Shown in pieces: positions 8,933 through 20,138 of a DNA stretch of 64,000 nucleotides. Positions within the stretch are counted from its first letter, which is position 1. The number at the start of each line of letters is the position of its first letter. The translations under genes and the position numbers were made by a program. The DNA is from an uncultured Flavobacteriales bacterium (GTDB lineage Bacteria > Bacteroidota > Bacteroidia > Flavobacteriales_D > Sanyastnellaceae), in assembly GCA_938085105.1 (NCBI GenBank), contig CALKGK010000033.1, positions 53,076 through 117,075 of the forward strand, given 5' to 3'. Under the pieces are notes generated by a model, which ran no database searches, was not told the origin of the DNA, and saw only the letters and a program-made list of their open reading frames with translations.

Positions 8933-10492
8933 ATGACAAATAAGGTAAGGATTCTTTGGGCCGATGATGAAATCGATTTACTCAAACCCCACGTTCTCTT
9001 TTTAGAGTCCAAAGGCTATATTGTAAGCACTGTGTGCAGCGGAAACGAAGCCATTGACGAGGTGGAGACCAATTATTTTGACATTGTGTTCTTGGATGAA
9101 AACATGCCCGGTTTGTCTGGATTAGAGACTCTTCAGAAAATCAAGGAGCTCGACGGAACGCTACCTGTAATCATGATTACGAAAAGTGAAGAAGAATCCA
9201 TCATGGAAGAGGCCATTGGCTCGAAAATCTCGGATTACCTCATCAAACCCGTTAACCCCAACCAAATCTTGCTTTCGGTGAAGAAGAATTTGGACGAAAA
9301 ACGCTTGGTGAGCGAGAAAACCAATTCAGGGTACCAAAGAGAATTTCAGCAAATAGGTATGCGTTTGATGGATCGTTTGGACGACGAAGAATGGTGTGAT
9401 TTGTATCGGAAATTGGTGTACTGGGATCTAGAAATGGACCGGTCTGAAGATAAAGGCATGGAAGAAATCTTGGCCATGCAAAAATCGGAGGCTAACCGTC
9501 AATTTTCGAAAACCATCAAGCAGAAATACTTGGCGTGGATCAACGGAACGGAAGAAGGTCCGGTAATGTCTCACACCTTACTCAAGTCTTGGTTGGCGCC
9601 AATGATGATTGAGAATAAGTCTGAAAAAGTGTACCTCATCGTGATTGACAATTTGAGGTATGACCAATGGAAGACGATACAGCCGAAAGTCTCGGATCTT
9701 TTTCGGGTGGAAGAGGAAAAAATGTATTACAGCATCCTTCCAACAGCAACACATTACGCGCGAAATGCACTGTTTTCTGGTTTATTGCCGAGTGAAATGG
9801 CCAAACTTTTTCCAAAACATTGGAAGAATGAAGAGGATGAAGGAGGGAAAAATCTGGCCGAAGATCATTTCTTGGAAGCCAACCTCAAAAGAATGGGCTT
9901 GGACCTTTCTTGGAGCTACCACAAAATTACTAACCTCAATGCAGGAAGGCGCTTGCTCGATAATTTCCACCAACTTCAGAACAACGATTTGAATGTGATA
10001 GTCTACAACTTTGTAGATATGCTTTCCCATGCTCGCACAGAAATGGAGGTAATCAAGGAGTTAGCAGACGATGAAAGCGCTTATCGATCCATTACTTCGA
10101 GCTGGTTTGATCATAGTCCGCTTCTCGAAATGCTTCGCGTCATGGCGAGCCAAGGAGCCAAAGTGGTGATTACGACAGATCACGGAACGGTGAAGGTAGA
10201 TCAAGCGGTGAAAGTGGTTGGAGATCGAAACACAAATACCAACCTGCGTTATAAAACGGGACGAAATTTGGATTACAACCCGAAAGAGGTGTTCGAAATT
10301 CGAGACCCAAGGGATGCTTATTTGCCGAAACAGAATGTGAGCAGCAGTTTTATTTTTGCCACGGATACCGACTTTTTTGTCTACCCGAACAATTACAATC
10401 ACTTCGTAAACTACTACAAAAACACCTTCCAACACGGTGGTGTTTCGATGGAAGAAGTGCTGATTCCTTTCATTGTTCTGAAGTCAAAATAG
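8933..10492 (+). CDS. porX: PorX-like response regulator (REC domain fused to PglZ/alkaline-phosphatase-like domain)
   Basis: REC domain: ILWADDEIDLL..., phospho-acceptor context IVFLDENMPG, ITKS. PglZ domain: LIVIDNLRYDQW, ITTDHGT. The first ATG at 8933 gives MTNKVRILWADDE; the track TTG extension is unlikely. Confidence 0.75.
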   Translation: MTNKVRILWADDEIDLLKPHVLFLESKGYIVSTVCSGNEAIDEVETNYFDIVFLDENMPGLSGLETLQKIKELDGTLPVIMITKSEEESIMEEAIGSKISDYLIKPVNPNQILLSVKKNLDEKRLVSEKTNSGYQREFQQIGMRLMDRLDDEEWCDLYRKLVYWDLEMDRSEDKGMEEILAMQKSEANRQFSKTIKQKYLAWINGTEEGPVMSHTLLKSWLAPMMIENKSEKVYLIVIDNLRYDQWKTIQPKVSDLFRVEEEKMYYSILPTATHYARNALFSGLLPSEMAKLFPKHWKNEEDEGGKNLAEDHFLEANLKRMGLDLSWSYHKITNLNAGRRLLDNFHQLQNNDLNVIVYNFVDMLSHARTEMEVIKELADDESAYRSITSSWFDHSPLLEMLRVMASQGAKVVITTDHGTVKVDQAVKVVGDRNTNTNLRYKTGRNLDYNPKEVFEIRDPRDAYLPKQNVSSSFIFATDTDFFVYPNNYNHFVNYYKNTFQHGGVSMEEVLIPFIVLKSK

Positions 10493-10498
10493 CACTTT

Positions 10499-10912
10499 AT
10501 GACGCTCGTCTATTTATCTAAGAAGCCCCAAGATCTTCAGTCCTTTGCTGAGGCAGTATTGAAGCTTTTGCCCGAAGATGCGAACGTTTTGTTGGACGCG
10601 CCTATGGGGTCTGGAAAAACCACTTTTGTAACGCAGTTGTGCAAAGTCCTTGGCATTCATGATGTGAGCAGTCCTACCTATTCCATTGTGAATGAGTACC
10701 GCGCTAAACGATTGGTTTATCATTTTGATTGCTACCGTATTGAGGAGGAGGAAGAAGCCTTGGATTTTGGTGTTGAAGAGTACTTGGACGGACCGGGTTT
10801 GTGCTTGATCGAATGGCCGGAGCGCATTTCCTCTCTATTAGAAGATGATTATGCGCGATTGCAAATCGAAGTACTGCCCAATGAAGATCGCAAATTTATA
10901 TTGAGCTTTTGA
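10499..10912 (+). CDS. tsaE: tRNA t6A37 biosynthesis ATPase TsaE
   Basis: 137 aa with Walker A APMGSGKTTF, SPTYSIVNEY and DCYR motifs. Confidence 0.85.
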   Translation: MTLVYLSKKPQDLQSFAEAVLKLLPEDANVLLDAPMGSGKTTFVTQLCKVLGIHDVSSPTYSIVNEYRAKRLVYHFDCYRIEEEEEALDFGVEEYLDGPGLCLIEWPERISSLLEDDYARLQIEVLPNEDRKFILSF

Positions 10913-10956
10913 TGGCGGAATTCGTATCTTCGGGGTGCAAGGAAAAGCCGTAGTCA

Positions 10957-12177
10957 ATGGATAACAAGAAAGAAGCCATTCGGGCATTAGCGCAAGAAGC
11001 CGCTTTGCTGCCCAAGGAAGAATTACTCGCTGTTCGAAAGAGCGAAGAACGTTTAGTCATTGGCATTCCAAAAGAGACTTCCTATCAAGAAAAAAGGGTT
11101 GCCCTCACACCTGAAGCCGTTGGTTTGTTGGTGAGTCGTGGACACGAGGTTATTGTTGAAAATGAAGCGGGTAAAGAGGCCAGTTTTGACAACCGTGATT
11201 ACAGTGAATCGGGTGCTCAGATTGTCTATCGTGCCGAAGACGTTTTCAAGGCCAACCTCATTCTTAAAGTTTCACCACCCTCTTTTGATGAGGTGAAAAT
11301 GATGCCGGGGAATCAAACCTTGCTCTCTGCCTTGCAACTCACAGCTCAGCCAGTAGATTCATTGAAAATGATGATGGCCAAGAAAATTTCTGCTGTAGCC
11401 TGGGATTACTTTAAAGATGAAACAGGGATTTTTCCTGTGGTTCGCGCCATGGGTGAAATTGCAGGAAATACTTCGGTATTGATTGCCGCAGAATATCTCT
11501 CCAATGCAAATGCAGGACAAGGCCTCATGTTCGGGGGGATTTCAGGTGTGAAACCAACGGAAGTGGTGATTTTAGGAGCGGGTACCGTGGGCGAGTTTGC
11601 AACACGCGCTGCGCTAGGGCTTGGCGCAAATGTAAAACTCTTCGATAGTAATATTTATAAGCTTCGACGAATGCAGAACGATTTGGGGATGCGTTTGTGG
11701 ACTTCGACCATTCAACCTTCAGAACTTGAAATGGCTGTTAAGGGAGCCGACGTGGTGATTGGTGCCTTACGCGCGCCTTTCGGACGAACACCTTGCGTTT
11801 TAACCGAAGAAATGGTGAGTAAAATGAAGTACGGTTCTGTGATTGTAGATATCAGTATCGACCAAGGTGGCTGCTGCGAAACGTCACGCATCACTTCTCA
11901 CGACAACCCAACGTATAAGGAGTATGGGGTGATTCATTATTGTGTTCCCAATGTGGCCTCGCGGGTAAGCAGAACGGCAAGTAGAGCGCTCAGCAATATT
12001 TTTGCACCCATCTTAATTTCCATGGGAGAAGACGGAGGTTTTGCGGGGATGATTAAGAAAAACAAAGGTTTACGTGATGGAGTTTATCTTTACAGAGGAA
12101 CCCTGACCAATGAGATTATTGGTGAAGCGTTTGATCTTCCTTATAAGCCGATTGATTTGTTGTTTCCTGCCTTTTAG
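10957..12177 (+). CDS. ald: Alanine dehydrogenase / PNT-family NAD(H)-dependent dehydrogenase
   Basis: 406 aa with IGIPKE...E.RVALTP N-domain and Rossmann motif VVILGAGTVG. Confidence 0.7.
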   Translation: MDNKKEAIRALAQEAALLPKEELLAVRKSEERLVIGIPKETSYQEKRVALTPEAVGLLVSRGHEVIVENEAGKEASFDNRDYSESGAQIVYRAEDVFKANLILKVSPPSFDEVKMMPGNQTLLSALQLTAQPVDSLKMMMAKKISAVAWDYFKDETGIFPVVRAMGEIAGNTSVLIAAEYLSNANAGQGLMFGGISGVKPTEVVILGAGTVGEFATRAALGLGANVKLFDSNIYKLRRMQNDLGMRLWTSTIQPSELEMAVKGADVVIGALRAPFGRTPCVLTEEMVSKMKYGSVIVDISIDQGGCCETSRITSHDNPTYKEYGVIHYCVPNVASRVSRTASRALSNIFAPILISMGEDGGFAGMIKKNKGLRDGVYLYRGTLTNEIIGEAFDLPYKPIDLLFPAF

Positions 12178-12251
12178 TTTCGGCTGCGCTCAACTACCTT
12201 GCTTTACTCGTTTCTTTGAGTATTGCGTAATTGGGTGTAAATGTCAGGCTT

Positions 12252-14888
12252 TTAGCCGCCCACCATTTTCTTGATTTCATTGAGTTTCATCAAGGCTTCT
12301 ACCGGAGTTAAAGTATTGATGTCGGTTTGAATCAACTCTTCTTTGATTCCCAGCAAAACGGGGTCGTCGAGCTGGAAGAAACTTAACTGAAGATCGTCAT
12401 CTTGCGGCATGGACTTCATTTCATGTGCAAGTTCTCCTCCATGCGATTTCTCCAATTGCTTCAAAACGCTTTCTGCTCTGCTCAGCACTTGTTTGGGCAT
12501 ACCTGCGAGCTTCGCAACGTGAATTCCAAAACTGTGATTGCTTCCTCCCGCGACCAATTTGCGCAAGAAGATGATTTTCCCTTTCACCTCACGAACCGAA
12601 ACATTGAAGTTCTTGATTCGTGGAAATTGAGCGCTCATTTCATTAAGTTCATGGTAGTGAGTGGCAAAGAGCGTCTTGGCTTTGGCTTTTGGGTATTCGT
12701 GCAAGAATTCAGCGATGGCCCAAGCAATGGATATACCATCGTAAGTGCTGGTTCCTCTACCGATTTCATCCAAAATAACAAGGCTGCGGTCAGACAGGTT
12801 GTTCAAAATCGACGCTGTTTCGTTCATTTCAACCATGAAGGTAGATTCTCCACTTGAAATGTTATCTGATGCCCCAACTCGGGTGAAAACTTTATCAATC
12901 AATCCCAGTTTGGCTTCATCTGCCGGAACAAAACTTCCCATTTGAGCGAGGAGCGAGATCAAGGCCGTTTGGCGAAGAAGTGCTGATTTACCGCTCATGT
13001 TTGGACCTGTGATCATGATGATCTGTTGCTCATCTTGATTCAGGGTAACATCGTTAGCAACATAGTTTTCCCCTAAAGGAAGGTGCTGTTCAATTACCGG
13101 GTGGCGCCCACCTTTGATTTCAAGTTCATAGCCCAAATGGAGCTCGGGCTGGACATAGTTGTTTTCTTCTGCAACAACAGCGAGCGAGATCAAGCAGTCA
13201 AGCTGGGCGAGGATTTGTGCATTTTTTTGAACGGGTGAAACGTTTTGCGCCAATATTTCTACCAACTCATGATAGAGTCGGGATTCAATGCCCGAAATTT
13301 TCTCTTCCGCGCCAAGAATTTTGGATTCAAGGATCTTTAGTTCCTCGGTAATGTACCTCTCTGCTTGGGTGAGCGTTTGCTTACGGATCCAGCTTTCTGG
13401 AACTTTGTCTTTGTGGGCGTTGCGGACTTCTAAATAGTAGCCAAAAACATTGTTGTAGGCAATTTTTAATGAAGGGATTCCCGTTAGCTCCTGTTCGCGA
13501 AGTTGAATTTGAACTAAAATGTCTTTGGACTGATAAGCCAATTGGCGCAATTCATCCAGTTCAGTATCTACTCCTTTTGCAATCACCCCACCTTTATGGA
13601 GGAGGTGAGGAGCATCTTCTTTGAGTTGGGTCTCGATTTTGGCGCGAAGCTCTGTGCAGGGTTCCAATGCCTTTGACAGGATGCCGAGTTCCTTCGATTC
13701 AGATGCCTTACAAGCTTCTTTGATCGGACCAATGCTCTTCAATGCACGGCCCAGTTGTACGACTTCTCTTGGGCTGATTCTTCGTGCTGCGGCCTTGGAA
13801 ATGAGTCGCTCCAAATCTCCAATGCTCTTCAGTTCTTGAGCAATTAAAGAACCCAATTCGGGTTGGTTTTTAAATTGACTCACTGCATTCAGTCGAAACT
13901 GAATGGGGTCAAGCTCCTTTAAAGGTAGCACAAGCCAGCGTCTGAGCAAACGGGCACCCATTGGAGAAACGGTTCGGTCGATCACATCCAACAAAGTGCT
14001 TGCATCTTGATGCGGACTGTGAACCAGCTCGAGGTTGCGTATGGTGAATCGGTCGAGCCACACGTACTTATCTTCCTCAATACGAGAAATGGATTGGATG
14101 TGCTCGGTTTGAAGGTGTTTGGTTTCTTCTAGATAATGCAGGGCAGCTCCAGCGGCAATGATGCCCAAGCTGAGCTCGGATACCCCAAAGCCTTTGAGCG
14201 AATTGGTTCCAAATTGCTTCTGCAGCTTCTCTTCAGCAAAATCTTCTTGAAAGGCCCAATCTTCGAGTCGGAAGGTGTGAAATTTATTTCCAAAAGCGAG
14301 TTCAAAATCTTGGGTTTTTTGTTTCTGGAAGAGCACTTCACTGGGCTGAAAACCTTGAAGTAGTTTGTCTACTGTTTCCAAGTTTCCTTCCGAGATAATG
14401 AATTCTCCGGTACTGATATCTAGAAAGGCCACTCCAGCTCTCCCAGAGTTCATGCTCACTGCTGCGAGGAAGTTGTTGGCTTTTGTGTTGAGTACTTGGT
14501 CATGATAGCTCACCCCCGGAGTTACGAGTTCAGTTACTCCTCGTTTAACGATGGTTTTGGTTTGCTTGGGATCTTCCAGTTGGTCACAAATGGCAACACG
14601 GTTTCCCGCTCGTACGAGTTTGGGAAGGTAGGTGTCTAGACTATGATGAGGAAATCCGGCAAGTTCAACGTAGGCGGCAGCTCCATTTTTTCGTTTGGTG
14701 AGGACGATATCAAGAATCTTTGATGCGCGAACGGCGTCTTCTCCAAAGGTTTCATAGAAGTCACCCACCCGGAAGAGCAAGAGCGCATCGGGGTATTTCG
14801 CCTTGATGCCATTGTACTGCTTCATCAAGGGGGTTTCTTTTACTTTTTTCTGCTCGGAAGATGTTTTTTTAGACGTCGCCATATGCAT
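12252..14888 (-). CDS. mutS: DNA mismatch repair protein MutS
   Basis: [30 protein letters not shown] mismatch-binding N-terminus, Walker [16 protein letters not shown] and [12 protein letters not shown]. The track start (14897) is TTG inside a hairpin; the first ATGs are at 14888 and 14882. Confidence 0.95.
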   Translation of the reverse strand: MHMATSKKTSSEQKKVKETPLMKQYNGIKAKYPDALLLFRVGDFYETFGEDAVRASKILDIVLTKRKNGAAAYVELAGFPHHSLDTYLPKLVRAGNRVAICDQLEDPKQTKTIVKRGVTELVTPGVSYHDQVLNTKANNFLAAVSMNSGRAGVAFLDISTGEFIISEGNLETVDKLLQGFQPSEVLFQKQKTQDFELAFGNKFHTFRLEDWAFQEDFAEEKLQKQFGTNSLKGFGVSELSLGIIAAGAALHYLEETKHLQTEHIQSISRIEEDKYVWLDRFTIRNLELVHSPHQDASTLLDVIDRTVSPMGARLLRRWLVLPLKELDPIQFRLNAVSQFKNQPELGSLIAQELKSIGDLERLISKAAARRISPREVVQLGRALKSIGPIKEACKASESKELGILSKALEPCTELRAKIETQLKEDAPHLLHKGGVIAKGVDTELDELRQLAYQSKDILVQIQLREQELTGIPSLKIAYNNVFGYYLEVRNAHKDKVPESWIRKQTLTQAERYITEELKILESKILGAEEKISGIESRLYHELVEILAQNVSPVQKNAQILAQLDCLISLAVVAEENNYVQPELHLGYELEIKGGRHPVIEQHLPLGENYVANDVTLNQDEQQIIMITGPNMSGKSALLRQTALISLLAQMGSFVPADEAKLGLIDKVFTRVGASDNISSGESTFMVEMNETASILNNLSDRSLVILDEIGRGTSTYDGISIAWAIAEFLHEYPKAKAKTLFATHYHELNEMSAQFPRIKNFNVSVREVKGKIIFLRKLVAGGSNHSFGIHVAKLAGMPKQVLSRAESVLKQLEKSHGGELAHEMKSMPQDDDLQLSFFQLDDPVLLGIKEELIQTDINTLTPVEALMKLNEIKKMVGG

Positions 14889-14896
14889 AGATAGCA

Positions 14897-14928
14897 AACT
14901 GCCGACAAGGAATCCCAGGTCGGCAGTT
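14897..14928 (-). terminator. Stem-loop between clpX and mutS (possible weak terminator or 5'-UTR structure)
   Basis: 10-bp perfect inverted repeat: AACTGCCGAC (14897-14906) and GTCGGCAGTT (14919-14928), with a 12-nt loop. On the minus strand only a short TTTG follows, 9 nt before the mutS ATG. Confidence 0.35.
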
Positions 14929-15039
14929 GTGCAAAGAAATCATGTATAATCTTTATTCGCAGGTGAAAGTTACCACTCCACTTTCAGGAATCCATATTTG
15001 AAAGCTCGGCTTTATGAACACTTTGTTAACAAGATGAGC

Positions 15040-16272
15040 TTAGGCAACTTTGAGCTTGGAGATCTTCGATTTTCCAAATTTCTTTTGGGCATAATCGAGG
15101 GTGATTTTCAGTTCACCATTATGATCTTCACTTGGTGCGTCAAACATGGCGTCGGTAAGAATGGCTTCGCAAATGGAACGCAATCCACGTGCTCCAAGCT
15201 TATATTCCAATGCTTTTTCAACGATGAAGTCGAGCACTTTTTTATCCAAACTGAGTTTCACCTTATCCATTTCAAACAAGCGAACGTACTGTTTGATGAG
15301 GGCATTTTTCGGCTCAGTGAGAATTCTCAGGAGCGTTTCGCTATCAAGAGGATTCAAGTGAGTGAGTACAGGGAAACGTCCAATAAGTTCAGGAATGAGT
15401 CCGAACCCTTTAAGGTCAGTAGGTGCTACGTAAGACAGGATGTTTTCCTCGTCGATGATGTCTTGTCCGCCAGCAGAATATCCAATACTGGTTGATTTAA
15501 CGCGGCGCTCAATAATTTTCTCAATCCCACTAAAAGCTCCCCCACAAACGAAAAGAACGTTTTTGGTGTTCACTTGAATGAGTTTTTGCTCTGGGTGTTT
15601 ACGTCCACCTTGAGGCGGTACATTTACGATCGATCCTTCGAGCAATTTCAATAGGGCTTGTTGCACTCCTTCACCACTCACGTCACGAGTGATGGATGGG
15701 TTATCGCTTTTTCGAGCAATTTTGTCGATCTCATCGATGAAGACGATGCCACGTTCGGCTGCGGCAACGTCGTAATCAGCGGCCTGAAGCAATCGAGAAA
15801 GAACACTTTCAACGTCTTCACCCACATAACCGGCCTCAGTAAGAATGGTCGCATCGGCAATGCAAAAAGGAACATTCAACATTTTAGCAATGGTCTTGGC
15901 AAGCAAGGTTTTCCCTGTTCCGGTTTCACCTACTAAAACGATGTTAGACTTTTCAATTTCAATTTCGTCTTCTTGAGATTGAGGCTGAAGTAGACGTTTG
16001 TAGTGGTTATATACGGCTACGCTCAAGACTTTTTTCGATTCATCTTGACCAATCACATACTCGTCCAAATAGAGCTTGATGTCTTTCGGCTTCTGAAGTG
16101 TCAAAGAGGCTTCAACCTGAGAGTGGGATTTTTGAGCCAATTCTTCTTTCACAATGCTGTTCGCTTGATCGATGCAGTGGTTGCAAATGTGCCCCGTGAT
16201 GCCCGCGATCAAAATGTCTACGTCGCTCTTTTTCCTTCCACAAAAAGAACAGCTAATGTCTTTTTCACTCAT
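15040..16272 (-). CDS. clpX: ATP-dependent Clp protease ATP-binding subunit ClpX
   Basis: Zinc ribbon CSFCGRKK...HICNHC, Walker A GETGTGKT, Walker [10 protein letters not shown]. Confidence 0.95.
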   Translation of the reverse strand: MSEKDISCSFCGRKKSDVDILIAGITGHICNHCIDQANSIVKEELAQKSHSQVEASLTLQKPKDIKLYLDEYVIGQDESKKVLSVAVYNHYKRLLQPQSQEDEIEIEKSNIVLVGETGTGKTLLAKTIAKMLNVPFCIADATILTEAGYVGEDVESVLSRLLQAADYDVAAAERGIVFIDEIDKIARKSDNPSITRDVSGEGVQQALLKLLEGSIVNVPPQGGRKHPEQKLIQVNTKNVLFVCGGAFSGIEKIIERRVKSTSIGYSAGGQDIIDEENILSYVAPTDLKGFGLIPELIGRFPVLTHLNPLDSETLLRILTEPKNALIKQYVRLFEMDKVKLSLDKKVLDFIVEKALEYKLGARGLRSICEAILTDAMFDAPSEDHNGELKITLDYAQKKFGKSKISKLKVA

Positions 16273-16301
16273 AATTCTAAATCAGTAATTCTTAAACTAA
16301 A

Positions 16302-16325
16302 GAAAGCCGCTACAAAGCGGCTTTC
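16302..16325 (-). terminator. Hairpin after clpP (partial terminator/attenuator before clpX)
   Basis: GAAAGCCGCT / AGCGGCTTTC inverted repeat, followed on the minus strand by CTTTAGTTT. It lies 45 nt after the clpP stop and 30 nt before the clpX ATG. Confidence 0.5.
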
Positions 16326-16369
16326 AAAGATACGATATTCTTGGGGATGACTAGATTAGCTGCTTGGGC

Positions 16370-17050
16370 TTATTTTTTCTCAAGCACTTCATCAATCATT
16401 CCGTACTCTTTTGCTTCTTGTGCAATCATCCAGTAATCACGGTCAGAATCTTCCCAGATTTTCTCGAAAGGTTGCTTACTGTGCTCAGCGATGATGTGGT
16501 AAAGTTCGTTTTTCAACTTCTGAATCTCACGAGCGGTAATCTCAATGTCAGAAGCTTGTCCGCGAGCACCACCCAAAGGTTGGTGAATCATCACACGGCT
16601 GTGTTTCAAACCGGTTCTCTTTCCTTCTGCTCCAGCGCAAAGCAAAACGGCACCCATGGACGCTGCCATACCTGTGCAAATTGTCGCCACATCTGGTTTG
16701 ATGTATTGCATGGTGTCGTAAATACCAAGACCAGCATACACACTTCCACCTGGAGAGTTCAAGTAGATTTGAATGTCTTTGTTCGGGTCTACCGACTCCA
16801 AAAAGAGGAGTTGAGCTTGAATAATGTTCGCGATGTAATCGTCAATTCCTGTTCCAAGAAAAATGATTCGATCGGCCATCAAACGAGAAAATACGTCTAC
16901 CTCACGGAAAGGCATGTTTCTCTCTTCAATGACTGTTCTGGTCATGTTCTCAGGACCGTAAGTGCTTTCAATATAGTGGTCAAAGGCACCACTGTTGATT
17001 CCGTGGTGATTAACCGCGTAATTTCTAAATTCTTTTCTGTTATTGTACAT
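16370..17050 (-). CDS. clpP: ATP-dependent Clp protease proteolytic subunit ClpP
   Basis: 226 aa with IIFLGT, catalytic Ser context [12 protein letters not shown] and His context MIHQPLGG. Confidence 0.95.
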   Translation of the reverse strand: MYNNRKEFRNYAVNHHGINSGAFDHYIESTYGPENMTRTVIEERNMPFREVDVFSRLMADRIIFLGTGIDDYIANIIQAQLLFLESVDPNKDIQIYLNSPGGSVYAGLGIYDTMQYIKPDVATICTGMAASMGAVLLCAGAEGKRTGLKHSRVMIHQPLGGARGQASDIEITAREIQKLKNELYHIIAEHSKQPFEKIWEDSDRDYWMIAQEAKEYGMIDEVLEKK

Positions 17051-17156
17051 AGTGTCGTTCTCCTTTTTCGGGTAAGCAAAGTACTAACAAAACAACAGCA
17101 TCAAAAGTTAATTTGTTAGAAGATAAAAGTTGATAAACCCGATGTGCGGACGCTTA

Positions 17157-18512
17157 TCAGTTTGATGCAGACTGAACTAGCTTAAGGAAATCGTCATAGC
17201 TAAATGCCTTTTCCTTAATTTTTGTCTTCTCTTTGAGTGTGTCAACCACCTTGTTCTCATAGATCATTTCAGCTACTCGTTGGCTTTCTTCACGATTGGT
17301 CATCGCATTTGCTGCCATGGTGTTCAACTGTTCTTCGTCGAGCGGCATACCGTATTGAGCATACTGCTGAGTGATCATTTCTTTCACGTGCTGTACTACT
17401 TCTTCTGGCTTAACGTCCAATTCGTTTTCTTCAATCACACGATTTTGGATGAGTTGCCACTTCAAGCTTTCAGCATAAGAAGGATATTCTGCTTCGATTT
17501 GCTCTGGAGTCAATGGCTTTTCGTTCGCCGCTGCAATCCAACGCTTCAAGAAATCATCTGGAAGGGGTGGGTTGAGATCCTCAATCAACTTGTCTGCAAG
17601 TTGTTTCTTGAAAAAACGCTCAGCATCGTTGCGGAACATCTTGTCCAAATCAGCTTTGATACGCTCGCGGAATTCTGTTTCCGTTTTCACGTTTCCTTCT
17701 CCAAACACTTTGTTGAAGAGCTCTTCATTGATTTCAGCAGGAGTCATTCGCTTCACATCATTCACGGTCAATTTGAAGTTACCCTTAAGGTCGTGAACTT
17801 CATCGTGATTGATGTCCAACATGCGTCCAAGATCGTCATGACCTCGAGAAATGTGATGAGGATTAACAACGCGGGTCATTCCCGACTTCAATCCTGTAAG
17901 ATCTTTGATGGTTTTCTTGTCTTCCAAGAATTCAAGGCTGATCGTCACATCTTTCATGATTCCACCCTCAAGAATTTCATCCTTGTCGTCCAATTGAACG
18001 AGGGTCGCCATGATCATGTCTTTATCAGCAGAGCTTTCAGGAGTACTCATTTTTCCAAAACGGCGAGCCATGTCTTCTACCTGTTGGTCAATGAGTTTAT
18101 CATCAACATCAACAACGGCCATTTCCATCGCTTTTTTCGGAAGTTTGATTTCTACCTCAGGAGAAAGACCAATTTCGTATTCAAAAGTAAAGGCGTCTGG
18201 ATTGTCCCAGTCACCTTCAACAGTTTCGGTAACTTTTGGCAATGGGTTACCAAGAACTTTCAATTTGTTATCTACGATATGGTTGTTCAATGACTCGTTG
18301 ATCACTTTATTGATCTCATCGGCCAAGATGGATTTACCGTATTGTTTTTTCACCAATCCGAGGGGCACGTGACCAGCTCTAAATCCGGGCATGTTGACTT
18401 GCTTCCGGTATTGTTTGAGTGCTGATTCATACTTGTCGAAGTAGTCTTCTTTAGACAACTTGAGTGTGAGCACTGCGTTTAGTTCGTCAATGTTCTGCTG
18501 AGAAATTTCCAT
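17157..18512 (-). CDS. tig: Trigger factor
   Basis: 451 aa with ribosome-binding motif PGFRAGHVP. tig-clpP-clpX gene order. Confidence 0.9.
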   Translation of the reverse strand: MEISQQNIDELNAVLTLKLSKEDYFDKYESALKQYRKQVNMPGFRAGHVPLGLVKKQYGKSILADEINKVINESLNNHIVDNKLKVLGNPLPKVTETVEGDWDNPDAFTFEYEIGLSPEVEIKLPKKAMEMAVVDVDDKLIDQQVEDMARRFGKMSTPESSADKDMIMATLVQLDDKDEILEGGIMKDVTISLEFLEDKKTIKDLTGLKSGMTRVVNPHHISRGHDDLGRMLDINHDEVHDLKGNFKLTVNDVKRMTPAEINEELFNKVFGEGNVKTETEFRERIKADLDKMFRNDAERFFKKQLADKLIEDLNPPLPDDFLKRWIAAANEKPLTPEQIEAEYPSYAESLKWQLIQNRVIEENELDVKPEEVVQHVKEMITQQYAQYGMPLDEEQLNTMAANAMTNREESQRVAEMIYENKVVDTLKEKTKIKEKAFSYDDFLKLVQSASN

Positions 18513-18564
18513 AAGTCTTAACTTAGAATAGGTCGGCGAGTGCCGTTTGAATCTTGAAAAAAAG

Positions 18565-18646
18565 TGCGGATGGAGGGACTCGAACCCACACGCCGTGAAG
18601 CACTAGATCCTAAGTCTAGCGTGTCTACCAATTTCACCACATCCGC
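18565..18646 (-). tRNA. tRNA-Leu (anticodon TAG)
   Basis: Minus strand reads GCGGATGTGGTGAAATTGGTAGACACGCTAGACTTAGGATCTAGTGCTTCACGGCGTGTGGGTTCGAGTCCCTCCATCCGCA. It has a 7-bp acceptor stem, anticodon loop CTTAGGA, a long variable arm and T-loop TTCGAGT. There is one U-U mismatch in the T stem. Confidence 0.9.
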
Positions 18647-18669
18647 AGTTCACCTGCATAAAAGGAGTG

Positions 18670-18699
18670 CAAAGTTATATCTTTTTTTCAAGTCTCAAA
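18670..18699 (-). promoter_or_regulatory. Candidate tRNA-Leu promoter (TTTG-N18-TAACTTTG)
   Basis: On the minus strand, TTTG (18699-18696), 18 nt, then TAACTTTG (18677-18670), 23 nt upstream of the tRNA 5' end. This matches the Bacteroidota -33/-7 architecture. Confidence 0.5.
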
Positions 18700-18712
18700 T
18701 AGCTCAGCAAAT

Positions 18713-19585
18713 TTATTTTGAGCTTATTTTTATTTTAGAACAAGAGTGGTAAACATCTTCAATGGTTTTCCATGTTCCTTCGTTGATGCTGTAAGCAGCT
18801 TCTTCCACTCCCAACTCTGGATTGTACTTCCAAGTTACTGCTAATGATTGGAATGAATTGCATTGCACCGATACAAAGGATTTGTAATAGTTTTTGCCTT
18901 CGGGCGACTTCGCTTTGAGGTAGAATTCAATTTTTTTGACCGTCCCGTCTTGGTGTCTTTTGATTTTTGAAACTTGCACGTACATCCCGTTTTCTTTCGC
19001 TTGAAGCACTTTTGGGTTCCAACTTGAGGTGGGTTCATCTCCAAAAAGCAATAATTCATAAGCTTGAAAATCAAGTGAACTCTCGGCGTGGTCGGTTGAA
19101 TCCTCTGTGCTTTCGGGTGCATTGGGCAAATCAGACAAGCTTCTTTCTGGTTGACCCGTTACTTCTTGCTTGTTGCTTTTGGGTGATGGTTCAGTGGCGT
19201 TCATTGTTTCTTGAGTCTCCCTCAATTCCCAAGTTTTGGATGTTCTTTTTTCAGCCGGGAGTTCTGAAACGGGAATGTTGATTTTCTCCAATGTGCTTTC
19301 CTCAATGTACTGTTGGGTAATAACGCTGACAATGTCTAAGTTCTTTGCTGCTTGATGAACGGGCTTTGCGCTTTGCTGTGGTGATGCGTCTTGAACAAAA
19401 AGATATAGACCGATGCTAAATATGGCTGTGATACTCATGATAATGCTGTTTAAATGATTAAAAAAGTGGATTTTCCAAAACGATGGCGCTTGAGGTCCTT
19501 GCAGAACAAATTGCTCTACGTCATGCAAACTCACTTCTGGAGCGAGTTTTTTGGCTTGGTCGAAATAGTGTTTTTCCGTTTCCAT
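18713..19585 (-). CDS. Single-pass membrane protein downstream of ECF sigma (putative anti-sigma/sensor partner)
   Basis: 290 aa. Its ATG is 5 nt after the sigma gene stop. One TM (IIMSITAIFSIGLYLFV), a low-complexity S/T/E/P linker and a C-terminal globular region. No recognisable zf-HC2 motif, so the role is inferred from position only. Confidence 0.4.
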   Translation of the reverse strand: METEKHYFDQAKKLAPEVSLHDVEQFVLQGPQAPSFWKIHFFNHLNSIIMSITAIFSIGLYLFVQDASPQQSAKPVHQAAKNLDIVSVITQQYIEESTLEKINIPVSELPAEKRTSKTWELRETQETMNATEPSPKSNKQEVTGQPERSLSDLPNAPESTEDSTDHAESSLDFQAYELLLFGDEPTSSWNPKVLQAKENGMYVQVSKIKRHQDGTVKKIEFYLKAKSPEGKNYYKSFVSVQCNSFQSLAVTWKYNPELGVEEAAYSINEGTWKTIEDVYHSCSKIKISSK

Positions 19586-19589
19586 GGCG

Positions 19590-20138
19590 CTAGTGTTTTG
19601 TGAAATAAATCAGGTGTAAACTCAAAAGCACTTGCTGAAGATCTGCAGCTCCTTCAAGCTCTTTTCGCAGTTGCTTTCTCGACCGATGCAAATTCACCTT
19701 CACTGCAGATACGCTCTTGTTTTGAATTTGAGCGATCTCTTCAACCTTAAAACCAGAAATTTCAAACAACAAGATGGCTTCTTGACTTTTGGACGGGAGT
19801 CGGGATATCACCCGATACAGGTGATCGATGTCTGCCGCTATTTCTGGAGACGGAGACTGGCTCTGTAATCGCTCAAAAGCCCGCTCATCGTATTGTCCTT
19901 TGAATTTCTTTTTTCGAAGTTGATTGATGAATAGGTTGTTGGCCGTGCGCATCAAGTAAGCGAGAAAGGCCTTCTGATCTCGCAGTTTGTCAAAGCGCTC
20001 GTAAGCAAATGCAATGCTGTCTTGAACCAAATCTTCCGTTTCCATGATGCCGTATGTTCTGGCACTGCAGTACCTTACAAAGCCGTCGTGAACGGGCTTG
20101 TACAGCATCAAAAATTCGTTTTGTTTGGTTGTGGACAT
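19590..20138 (-). CDS. ECF-type RNA polymerase sigma-70 family factor
   Basis: 182 aa with region 2 (EDLVQDSIAFAYERFDKL, FLAYLMRTANNLFINQLRK) and region 4 HTH (EIAQIQNKSVSAVKVNLHRSRKQLRK). Confidence 0.85.
   Translation of the reverse strand: MSTTKQNEFLMLYKPVHDGFVRYCSARTYGIMETEDLVQDSIAFAYERFDKLRDQKAFLAYLMRTANNLFINQLRKKKFKGQYDERAFERLQSQSPSPEIAADIDHLYRVISRLPSKSQEAILLFEISGFKVEEIAQIQNKSVSAVKVNLHRSRKQLRKELEGAADLQQVLLSLHLIYFTKH

Noticed and set aside
8933-10492. A PglZ domain could suggest a BREX/PGL phage-defence locus.
   Set aside because: The PglZ domain is fused to a receiver domain, which is the PorX architecture. No BREX partners (methyltransferase, BrxC ATPase, BrxL, etc.) are nearby; the neighbours are housekeeping genes (HD hydrolase, tsaE).
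17280-18293. A 337-aa ORF antisense to tig. Other long antisense ORFs: 16364-17119 (vs clpP), 14998-15495 and 16003-16350 (vs clpX), 8122-8667 (vs HD), 24067-24627 (vs lpxD), 54619-55167 (vs E2), 56259-56894 (vs recG), 62607-63242 (vs gdh), 32299-32862 and 33721-34098 (vs the LTD gene).
   Set aside because: These are shadow frames of strongly supported genes. Their translations are low-complexity and F/L/V/S-rich, with no motifs, no signal of independent start context and no intergenic space. This is the typical consequence of stop-poor antisense frames in E/K/D-rich genes.
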